Made by a program: the position numbers and the translations under genes. The notes beneath the pieces were generated by a model. It searched no databases, was not told where the DNA came from, and worked only from the letters and a program-made list of their open reading frames with translations. From Paraphysomonas bandaiensis (Eukaryota; Protista; Chrysophyceae): 64,000 nt of DNA. Shown piece by piece: positions 25,263-35,403 of this stretch (position 1 is its first letter; each line of letters opens with the position of its first letter). The DNA lies in assembly GCA_965644295.1 (NCBI GenBank), contig CBFFRP010000348.1, positions 1 through 64,000 of the forward strand. The letters run 5' to 3'.

Positions 25263-25474
25263 TTGTCAGCAGATATAGATGACAGTGAGATACATCAGCA
25301 TTTAAGAATAAGGAATTAAGATGACATGCGAGTTGTGTTAAGGAGATAGTTATGCCTAACAGAGTGGTTGGTAGAGGCAAGACTTTTATGCTCATTTCAA
25401 CTACTAGGAACACTAAATATTTTTCCAATACAAAAATTTATTATAGCTACTGTACATTTTCTATAACTAGTGAA

Positions 25475-26282
25475 TGTCTGATTATTAGCAATAGGCGTGT
25501 AAGAGTCAGAACTAATATAGCAAAACAAGTTAACTAACACGTGCTTACCTCTGATATCCTACTATTTGGCGCTACGAAAGCTGCTTGTGCGTCACCGCAA
25601 GCACCAAGGTGCAACCACTTTGGCTCTCTGTCCTTAAGGTGAACAACACGGATGCTTGACTTCAGTAGCATCCCGATAACCTGGATGCCCTTGAGGTGTG
25701 CTCATTCCGGGATGCCTATTTATTCGTCAAGGCCCAAAGACGTTTACACAAAAGCTTGATGCATCATTTTTGGCTATGTGTGGGTAGAACAATATCTAAT
25801 GACTATATATATGCGGATCACGTTAATTTACTGGACAAATATCTCCGCTACTTATCCTCCAGAACACAACGAAAAGTTCGAGTCCGACTTTGTTAAGGGG
25901 GGATTTTGTTTTGGGAGATGAGTTCCGGAGAGGGAAACTAATAATTTTTTTCCACTCATAGCCGAATGTTTGTGTGGTACTAGGACACTAATATAAGTGT
26001 CACTTGTGTAGACATCGTTGGGCCTTGACGAATAAACAGGCATCCCGGAATGGGAACACCTCAAGGGCATCCAGGGTATTGAGTGCCTGACGAAGTCAAG
26101 CATCCGGGCTGACTACGTTTTCTTTGAGCGATAGAGCCAAAGTGGTTCACCTTGCTGCATGCGGTGAAGCACAAGCAGCTTTCGTAGCGTCAAATAGTAG
26201 GATATCACAGTTGAGCACTAGCTATTAAATTGCAATGCTATATTAGTTCCGATTCTTACACGCCCATTCCTAATAATAAGAC
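25475..26282. repeat. Long imperfect inverted repeat / fold-back (arms about 25475-25750 and 26002-26282)
   Basis: For example gatatcctactatttggcgctacgaaagctgcttgtgc pairs with gcacaagcagctttcgtagcgtcaaatagtaggatatc, and attccgggatgcctatttattcgtcaaggcccaa pairs with ttgggccttgacgaataaacaggcatcccggaat. The symmetry centre is about 25878. Confidence 0.92.
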
Positions 26283-27094
26283 ATTGACTACCTGGACCTA
26301 GACTAGTAGGTGTAATTTCCTAGTCGTACAAAAAGTAGTGTAAAAGCCTTATCAGGAGTTGAAAATAGTCTTTGAATAATTCATATTTTTAATTTACTAT
26401 GACTAGGTTGTCTGGGATGGCAAGGTGTTTATGGTATTCACCTCTAGTCATCAATAATGAATGCTTATATTAATCTATTTACTACTTTAACTAGGTTTTT
26501 ACACCTAAAATAGTGTTGGACTAGATAAGTCAACCAATTTGACTAGGTTAAATAATATATCTCACTGTTAGCTCGCCATAATTAATGTCCATATTTAATT
26601 CATATAAAGGCAATAAACTTGTATGCAATGATATAATTGTAACCGTTCACACTCATTCATTGTATACTTGTGTTCACTTAATGATGTAGCAAAAGTGAGG
26701 GGTTGTTGAGTTATTAAGATAAAGAAGAGAGAGAGATAGTCAAACGAAGCCGTATTGGTTAGATAGGGTTAAATGCCAGATACAAACCCTTGATAACGTA
26801 ACGAGTAGTACTAACTCGCAGGTAGCTGTCCAATATTAGTTATCACAGTTTTTCAGTCGCATTATCCTATTCATAAGGACCTTTTCGTATGCATTTCACA
26901 CAACATGATCTTAATCTACGCTGAGGAGAATATTCTTGAATGGGAGAGAAATATTGATTGGAAAAATATGATTCCAGAAGTGGACGATGACACCACTACT
27001 GAAGTGGAGGAATAAAATGAGCACTTCGTTGATGATGACTTTAATTCATTACTACAGGTTCGTTTTAGTAGTGTCATGACAATTACTATGCTAC

Positions 27095-27125
<31 letters not shown>

Positions 27126-27152
27126 CATGCAGCTATCTATCTGTCTATTTAT
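27095..27152. repeat. (ATCT)n short microsatellite
   Basis: atctatctatct run, degenerate at its 3' end. Confidence 0.85.
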
Positions 27153-28198
27153 CTATGTGTGTATGTATCATCTCATGGGGTGATGTTATTCATAGGTACT
27201 CACAGGGCTTTGCATTGCGTATATATGAGATACATACACAGCAACATGACTCATATAAATATCCAATATATATGATATTAACTGAGTCTCTGATGCTGTG
27301 CGAGTTACTGATGCTGTCTTCGGCCTATCACTAGAGGATATATACAGTATCCCTGTAGACTGTAGACCCTACATATGTAACTATACTAAGATGCTCGCTA
27401 GCAAACAGAGCCATCATTGACCTTTTTCTGATATAGGAATGATTATAAAGTAGTGATGTTACTTGTTTGGCATGATATCAATAGTTGTGTTGTTGTAATG
27501 TGCTGTGCTGTTATTGGGGTCTATATGAGGATAAAGGGACATATATACAGTTGGATTTCCTTCATTTAGGAGTGGGGTTTTACATGTTCAATAATGGCTT
27601 TTTAGTCTAAATAACCGGCATTTTGGATTTTTTGGGGGGTTTAGGGATTCAAAGTATCCCCATCATATGCACATATCCATACAGTGTTACGTTAAGCAGT
27701 GCTGCCCAATCAAAACTCGTATCTATATGATCACACGTTTCACCAACACACACTCTTGGAATTCCAACAAACTCTATGCGTAGGAATTCCTACATGTGTG
27801 TATGTATGTATCTATAGAGTGTATCGTATGCACCGGTAGCATATGTATATATATGTATACATCAATCATACGGCTATGTGTATATAGACATACATACAGT
27901 ACATCCTCACATGTATTTGTACACATATATATGCATAGAGTGGCATTATATATCATCACCACTCCTCATCACTGAGAGAAGTTACTTCTTACTTCGGGTG
28001 CTACTGTGGCAGCAGCAGCATGCTTGCCAAGTCGATAAGCCCCGGATAAGGGCATAGATATATAGTTTACAGCTGCTGTATGATGACAAGCTCCTCATGA
28101 TTCTACTCTTGTTTTAATACGATGAGAGACACAACACGCATTCCATATTAATTATATTGAGATCATTACAGTTTTTGTTACTGTATTTAATCGTGTCT

Positions 28199-29413
28199 AT
28201 GATACGAAATGAATCTTGTAGAGGAGTGATGAAGGAGGACGAATCATTCCATGAGACACTACATCATAGCAACTCTATTAGAGGGTCCATGATACGCAAC
28301 GATTCTTTTAGAGGAGCAATGATGCGTGGTGAATCTATCAGGGGGAAATTAAAACCTGGTAATTCTATTAGAGGTACGTTGACCCATGGTGATTCCTTCA
28401 GGGGAGGCATGCACCGCAGTGATTCTCTACGGGGCAGAATGAAACGTACAGATTCTTTAAAAGGTGCTATGATACACGGGGATTCTATCAAAGGGGTAGT
28501 GGTGCATGGAGATTCTGTTCGAGGGAAGCTGAAACAAGGAGAATCGTTCAGAGGAGGTTTGGAAATGGACAAGTTGTTTAAAGGCAGAGCTGTCGATAAT
28601 CCTATAGACGTCGAACGATATGAACGTGAGGTAGAAACTACCAGACGACGATCGTCTGTTGTTCGTGTATTTCCTCCTCTTCAGTCTTTCAAGTCAGATA
28701 ATGCGGAGGCAAATACATCCCATGCCTTACTCAAACCAGTGTACGGTAAATCTCAGCGACGTTTACTGCAGCGACAGCTGAGCGGTGATGACTCCGAGTC
28801 TGCACCCACCAATGTGGAATGCGTTTCTGTGCACCGCCAGCACAGTAAGGATGACATTAACTTTGCTGGACAGGCGAACTCTAATATTAATGGGCATCTA
28901 AACCCTCACAGTAATGTTAAGTTGAGTCCAATTGGAAATGATGGGTCAACCAGGTGTCAGAGTGACACCTCCACACGTCGCTCAAGCAGGCGTCGTGGAA
29001 ACAATGTGGCCAAGAAGAAAATTAAACCTATACTACATCGTATACGATCTAAAAGTGTAGGAAGCGAAGTTGAGGGGGTAGATGCGACATCGCCTTCAGA
29101 AAATACGGAAGTACATACATCGAATAGTTCAGCTCAACAGCAGAAGTCAAAAAGAACAGCTGGTGGCAATGGACATCGACATTTTAAACAAATTGCTGCT
29201 GCTACTCGTTTACATAGACATGGTCAGAAACAGGGCGTGGTAAAATTGGGCTTTGACGAAGAAATAGCTGCTGATACTGCGTCCAGTACAAGAGCGCAGA
29301 ATGTGTCAGACCAAGGACCAAAAGGAAAGGCGCCTCGAGTTTTTGTAGGTCCGTCCAAACACGCCCTCATGCCTATACGATTAGGTAGGCAATTACAAGC
29401 GAATGGGACATAG
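28199..29413 (+). CDS. Uncharacterised basic low-complexity protein with about 12 decapeptide repeats
   Basis: Open frame of about 400 codons with repeats such as MIRNDSFRGA / MMRGESIRGK / LTHGDSFRGG. The 5' end is uncertain. Confidence 0.7.
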   Translation: MIRNESCRGVMKEDESFHETLHHSNSIRGSMIRNDSFRGAMMRGESIRGKLKPGNSIRGTLTHGDSFRGGMHRSDSLRGRMKRTDSLKGAMIHGDSIKGVVVHGDSVRGKLKQGESFRGGLEMDKLFKGRAVDNPIDVERYEREVETTRRRSSVVRVFPPLQSFKSDNAEANTSHALLKPVYGKSQRRLLQRQLSGDDSESAPTNVECVSVHRQHSKDDINFAGQANSNINGHLNPHSNVKLSPIGNDGSTRCQSDTSTRRSSRRRGNNVAKKKIKPILHRIRSKSVGSEVEGVDATSPSENTEVHTSNSSAQQQKSKRTAGGNGHRHFKQIAAATRLHRHGQKQGVVKLGFDEEIAADTASSTRAQNVSDQGPKGKAPRVFVGPSKHALMPIRLGRQLQANGT

Positions 29414-30850
29414 ATTATAATCTCATTACTTTTGTGAATATAATACTGCTATAGTAGTTATTTTATGTTGTGTGTAAAGAAGTACATGTCGATTGTGTTA
29501 ACTGTATGCGTACGGACTTTATAGCAAAAGGACAGCTTTCTGCTTTTGATGTGTGAATAGTGATCTCTGATCTCACTCTGATATATAAATAAGACCCTCG
29601 TACTACATGCTATGCGACACAAGTGTTATGAAATGAGTAGTATGTTATTGCAAAGCCAATGGGATATATGATAAATTATATATTATATTAGTTTACAAGT
29701 TTGTGTTTTTTAGCAATAAGTCATGCTATTGCTACCTTTTCAAGCGCATCAAAATTTCGGCTGTCGTATAGAATATAGAGCGGAATCTAATGTAACATTG
29801 AGCTCTTTGGCCTTCGGCAACTAACATTTATAACCTATAACAGGCCTAGGGAATAGGTAACAGGGAACAATATGTATCCCCATTTGTCTCCAAAAAAGCT
29901 TTTCTTGATCTAAATTAAGTTCAACAGAGCGCTCATACTAGCACCGGGCAAATACGAACATTCAACATCAATATTCGGTTAACAGAATCTCTGTCCATCT
30001 TAATTATGATATTGGCAGTCATTTGTACGTGAATACACTATATTAAACAATTATAGAGAAACCGCAATCCTATGCCAAATCTCACCAAACACTCCAAGTT
30101 ATATTCCATCCTGCGTGTGCTGTAGAATTTCAAAATGATGTCTGTGCAAGTGACCTATATTCATAACCAGAACTTCAAAACAAGAAGCATTTTGTGCGAC
30201 TTTAACATTCATCATTACACTTGTATACAAATTTCAACTCCTCGCAGTTGCATTCTTCCTTCAGTATTCTTCTGTGGTAGAGGAGTGCATTTGTTGTAGC
30301 TATTATATATAGCAATTTGGGGGATCATTGTTTTGAGTTGATCTAGTGTAATTGATATTCCCTAAGCATACAGTATCGAACCATTGATTTGAAACAATAT
30401 GAGTTCTCATTTGTTTTCTTTTAATACTTACCAGGGAACACCTATTCCTTCCTACATCATGCTACGAATATCTATACAATCTAATAATAAGTTTTCAACA
30501 TCATGAGGATAAGCTACATTTTAAAATCGTCTTCGTTTCAATATTTTCTTACTGCCCGTTGTTAAATACTGTCAAGCTAGGGCACAATAGATTCTATATT
30601 TTACTTAGAATAGATTCTATTCTACCACCTTTCACTGTAAGACTGTAATAGCACTCGTCGTAATTAATTGTCATAACTTTTGTTATCAACTGTTTACATT
30701 TTTACATCGTATCATGGGTTTCAATGTAAACTATAAAACTGATATGATTTCAAAAATGATCACTATCTTGTCAGGTCTGCTGGTCGTTATTTATTATGTC
30801 ACTCAGCATCTGAACGGCAATGGTATAAACCTATCGCTAACCCTAAGCTG

Positions 30851-31452
30851 CGGGGATAGGGAACAATACATGGTTTCTCTATTATTGCTATATGAATTGT
30901 TGCGCCTAAGTTGAGGATCTATCAATAATATTGACACAACGCTGACTTGCAATACTATTGCAATCAACGCTACTGCTGAGTCATGAAGAAATAGTGTTTA
31001 ATTAACAATAAATACCGTATGACAATTGCACATCGATAACTGCTTGATTTATAGCAGTGGAGTTATGGGAAACCGCCTAGTAAGTTACTCTCTGCTGCTA
31101 AGATATAATAAAAGGCGATTAATATAAGGGGAACCTTGAAAAACAGGATAGTGAAGTTGATATTAAGAAGTTAGACAAGCCAATCTGTTCGAGAATTCAA
31201 TACATTTTCAAAGTGGTATCCTGTACATTCTGGATGAGGATACGAATGAATGAGAAAGTAACTTCTCCTAACCGAATAGAAGCTAGATTCCGAAGTGTAA
31301 TGTGCATTCTACTTGATAACCAATCGATGTCGTATCATTTCAGTAGAATTAGGAAGTAACCAGTAGCAGGTAGCAATTAACTATACATCCACAATAAAGA
31401 TATCTTGTTGGGTGCTTCAAATAGTATTGCAATATACTGTTCCTTGTCCCTG
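30851..31452. mobile_element. Degenerate non-autonomous hAT-family element
   Basis: Left end cggggatagggaacaata and right end gtattgcaatatactgttccttgtccctg resemble the TIRs of the hAT at 36937-38575. No TSD is preserved. Confidence 0.5.
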
Positions 31453-31868
31453 ATTTGTTGCAGCTTTCTTCCGTTCATTGATAGAGATCACCCGAATGTC
31501 CCCACACAACGGATACATTCCATCTATAGCAATCAAATAAGTGAAATGGACTCTGATGTTCTTACTTAGAGTTCAGTGGCTCCTGTATTGGTATCTCTGC
31601 ATATTGCATAGATATCTGGATATAGATACGCACATACTGTACTTCTACACAGCAGTGTACACCAGTACAGTACAGTACAGTACTTTATTAATGATAAAAT
31701 CCTCTATTTTTACCGTTGGTTGACCACAACAGGCTGAAAGTAGGATTTTCCCCAAACTTGTAGAGCGAAAAATCGGAAAAGTGGATCTTTTTACATAGTC
31801 GTAAAGTCAGGTAGGATTCATGCTTATATATATGGAACACACGGTCATAACTATCCACATGACACACA

Positions 31869-32585
31869 ATGTCTGAAAATATATTCAATCGAGTGTTTGT
31901 TACTGTGGGTACCACTGATTTTGATGCCCTCATATCTGTTATAGACTCACAGGAGTTTTTAGATTTTCTTAAGACCGTTAAGTGTGAGAGAATAGAGGTG
32001 CAGTATGGCAGAGGGAGCACAGCCCCTTCATTCCTTAATGAGAACTGCTCACGATATGGAATTGAGTTTAATAGTTTCAGATTTAAAGATTCATTAGCAG
32101 AGTGTATGGCAAGCTCATCGTTTATCATATGCCATGCAGGTATAGGACACTCATTGAGGGTATGTGGATCTGTAACAGTCTCTCTGCAGGGGCGGGGTCG
32201 ATCACTGAAGCATTATCTATGAAAAAATATGTTATGGTTAGTGTGTATGTTTACGAATATCAGTGTTGTTTCTTACGAGCCGTGTATTTGTCTCTTCTGT
32301 TATATTACAGGTGTGTGTGAACGACACGCTTATGGACAATCATCAGTTAGAACTTGCCAACGCTGTGGCCGAGAAAGGTGCGTTATCTGATGCGATATGT
32401 ATATATCAATATTTTACTGGTGGCTTTTCTTCATGTGATGCATGCTCGTAGGCTACTGTCACACGTGTTTTCCTTCCAACCTTCTTGAAACTCTAGCTAC
32501 ATCTGACTACAGAAAAATCAGACCTTACGATGACATTGACTACAAAGCTTTTCCAAAGTTTTTGGATAGTATTCTCGGTACTTGA
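31869..32585 (+). CDS. ALG13: UDP-GlcNAc transferase catalytic subunit ALG13, multi-exon
   Basis: VFVTVGTTDFDALI, VQYGRG, IICHAG|AGSITEAL and VNDTLMDNHQLELA. Confidence 0.9.
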
Positions 32586-33089
32586 TGATGTGTAGTATTT
32601 GTCTTTACTAATAAATATATGTACTTCAACTTGATGGACTAACGCATCGATACTATATGTGACCTGTACATTGTTAATTATGATACGAAAACAACAATTG
32701 ACTTTGAAGTACAATGTAGTACACAATTGATTTCGTACCACCATATCAATGGCTGAAGCAATTCTGTTTAGCCTGTTAGCCTATTAGCCTGTCATAATAC
32801 GAAACGAAATGAATGACAATTAATTCGAAGTGTAACCTTTACACTACCAGGGTAGCAATCAATTAACTAATCTGCGTGCAAATTACTGTTAGGTACCAAG
32901 TCGAGCAATCATAGGTATACACCGGCAACTATAAACTCTAATGGCATTATGCATTGAAAAATGCCCCGACAATTATAATAGCCATTAATGGCCCATTAAT
33001 ACCTAAGTAGATAATACCGCTCATATAGATAGTGTAGTGCTCCCTTAATTATTAATGTAGTGTAATTACAGACTACGAATCGTTAATAC

Positions 33090-33465
33090 TTCTCACTCTC
33101 CACTGCACATCAAAATCTTCTTGCAGGACTTCATGGAGGGCAAAAGCATCTCACAACATGTAATTGGCTCGTAGGAATAGCAACGATTCTAGACATGAGT
33201 TCATGCATCTACGCTCTGGTGTCATAATCAACTTTGCATGACTGCAGAGCTCTCAACAACAACATTAGATTGTCCTCTGCACTGTCCCAAACAACCTCTT
33301 CATAATCAGTTCCTGCACTTTTGTCGTGATTGCTGTCGGATGAAAGTAAACTGGCATTCTTAATCGTCTTTAGATCTTTCATCAAGGAATGCCAGTTTGC
33401 TCGCTCAGTGTCAGAAATAAACAAACATAAAGCCCGAACAAAAGAAGGTGACTCAGTGATCCTGC
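33090..33465 (-). CDS. 3' exon(s) of an unidentified gene, abutting the virus-like island
   Basis: Open frame RITESPSFVRALCLFISDTERANWHSLMKDLK...DYDTR with host-like composition. No start codon is found before the AT-rich island. Confidence 0.4.
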
Positions 33466-33645
33466 GAATTCACTCGGAAGAAGACTCTGTACATTGTACA
33501 CGTTATACTGCCATCAACTTTTTGACTATCATCGTTACTTTATATATGGTATAAATAGAGTTTAAAAAAACAAGGGGAGGGACAAGAGGGGCCTCTTTTT
33601 CTACCCCACTGCCCCTCAAGGGGCCTCTTCTCTTCGAGTGTTTCC

Positions 33646-33675
33646 AATTACAACTGCAAGCTTGCAGTTGTAATT
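33646..33675. repeat. Perfect 30-bp palindrome
   Basis: aattacaactgcaagcttgcagttgtaatt is its own reverse complement. Confidence 0.95.
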
Positions 33676-34001
33676 CCTTCTCTTTGCTAATTTAACTTTA
33701 TATATTTTTAATTACTTTATATATTATTAATAACTTTTAATTACTTTATATATTATTTATATTCTTAAATAAAATTAATAACTTTATATATTATTTATAA
33801 TGTTTATAATAAAAAGTAATATAGATAGTAAAGTAGATTTAATAAGTAGATTTAATAGTAGATATAGAGAGAGGGAAAAATTAAAATGAAAAATAATTTA
33901 AATTTGTAAAGGTTGTAAAACCCCGGGATTCTACCATTAAAACTACTTATTAAATCTACTTTGTTATCTATATGACTTTTTTATAATAATGTATAATGGC
34001 A

Positions 34002-34102
34002 ATGCTTAAAGCTCTGGAATGTAGTTGTAGTGATATAATGGCGAATATGCTTAAAGCTCTGGAATGTAGTTGTAGTGATATAATGGCGAATATGCTTAAA
34101 GC
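34002..34102. repeat. 45-bp tandem repeat (about 2.2 copies)
   Basis: Unit atgcttaaagctctggaatgtagttgtagtgatataatggcgaat. Confidence 0.92.
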
Positions 34103-34188
34103 AAAAACTCATAAAACCTTGAATTCTAATTTAAATATATATAAAATGGTTTAAAAAGAAATTATTATATACATATATATATATTACA

Positions 34189-34692
34189 ATGGCTGAAGAA
34201 TGGAAAGTGATTGATGGATACAACAATAACTATAGTATATCAAATAAAGGAAATGTAAAGAACAATAATACAGATAAGATATTAAAACCTAGATTAGGCA
34301 GACATGGTTATTACAGATTGAACTTACGTCTGAATAAAAAGCAAAAAACAGTTGAGATTCATCGATTAGTTGCAATGGCTTTTATACCTAATCCCGATAA
34401 CAAATCATGTGTAGATCATATAAATAATAACACATTAGACAACAATGTTAATAATTTGAGATGGGCAACCGCAAAAGAGAATCAATATAACCAAAAATTA
34501 AGCAAAGCAAACAAATGTGGAGTAAAAGGCGTATGTTATAACAAAAGAAAAAAGAAATGGGTTGCGCAAATAAAATTAGATGGCATTTCAATTCACATTG
34601 GATACTTTGATACAATAGAAGAAGCAAAACAAGCAAGAATAAAAAAAGCAAATGAAGCCTTTGGGGTTTTCATAAATACCTGTGAAAGATAA
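34189..34692 (+). CDS. NUMOD4-HNH-AP2 homing endonuclease
   Basis: NUMOD4 EEWKVIDGY..YSISNKGNVK; HNH HRLVAMAFIPNPDNKSCVDHINNNTLDNNVNNLRW; AP2 GVKGVCYNKRKKKWVAQI...IGYFDTIEEAKQAR. Confidence 0.92.
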   Translation: MAEEWKVIDGYNNNYSISNKGNVKNNNTDKILKPRLGRHGYYRLNLRLNKKQKTVEIHRLVAMAFIPNPDNKSCVDHINNNTLDNNVNNLRWATAKENQYNQKLSKANKCGVKGVCYNKRKKKWVAQIKLDGISIHIGYFDTIEEAKQARIKKANEAFGVFINTCER

Positions 34693-35026
34693 TAAGAGCC
34701 CTACATAACAATAACAATGAATATAACGAATACGATACATACAACCAAACAAAGACAATGTCTTATAATGACATCATATTTCCTTTATTTCCATGCTTGT
34801 TATATATCACAATGATATAGACACAATGACAATGAATATTATGAATGAATATATATATATGTATATATATACTCATACACAAACAACACAACAACAACAC
34901 AACAGCATCACAACAACAACACAAAAATACAGAAAATATACAGACTAAAAATATTACATTTATATATTTAAATCATGTCATCACGTATTAGGAAAGACGT
35001 TTGGAGTCGTTCCGGATGAAATAGTC

Positions 35027-35091
35027 TGTGGCGGCAGATGAAATAATCTGGTTCGATTCCCTATGCCGCCACATTGAAAAAAGGCGTTTTT
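35027..35091 (+). ncRNA. Putative Pol III / tRNA-like small structured RNA
   Basis: 10-bp stem tgtggcggca / tgccgccaca enclosing an exact B-box GGTTCGATTCC (35050-35060), with a T5 run at 35087-35091. It is too short to be a full tRNA. Confidence 0.4.
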
Positions 35092-35403
35092 CTGAAAAAA
35101 AAAATGGAATTCAAATACTGTTAATGCTAGGCTTGGACCACATTAACACGCATGAGGGTTCCAAACCATTTTTGGGGGAATTCCTTTACAACAATGGTTT
35201 GGAACTCTCATAGCAGCCATTTTGCTATAAAATAATCTTGAAAAGTCCCAATTTTGCTAAAACAAAACGACAAAATCCCAATTTTTATATAAAAACCTTG
35301 ATTTATATAAAAACCCTTAATTTTAGAAATAAAACCCCCAATTTTTTAAAAAACCCTCAATTTAATTATAGAATATAATAATGTAATGCTATATTATATA
35401 TAG

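Noticed and set aside
26086-26125. CTGACGA followed by a stem (agtca...tgact), resembling a hammerhead ribozyme core
   Set aside because: The required GAAA after stem II is absent (acgttttc follows).
26760-27016. Possible PIF/Harbinger transposase C-terminal scrap (VCISHNMILIY...EWERNIDW)
   Set aside because: Too short and degenerate to support without a search.
29740-30320. Stop-riddled minus-strand coding-like remnant
   Set aside because: No recognisable motif; it may be a decayed TE but cannot be assigned.
35027-35073. Canonical tRNA gene
   Set aside because: Only about 47 nt lie between the stem ends, with no D or anticodon arm. It is kept only as a tRNA-like candidate.
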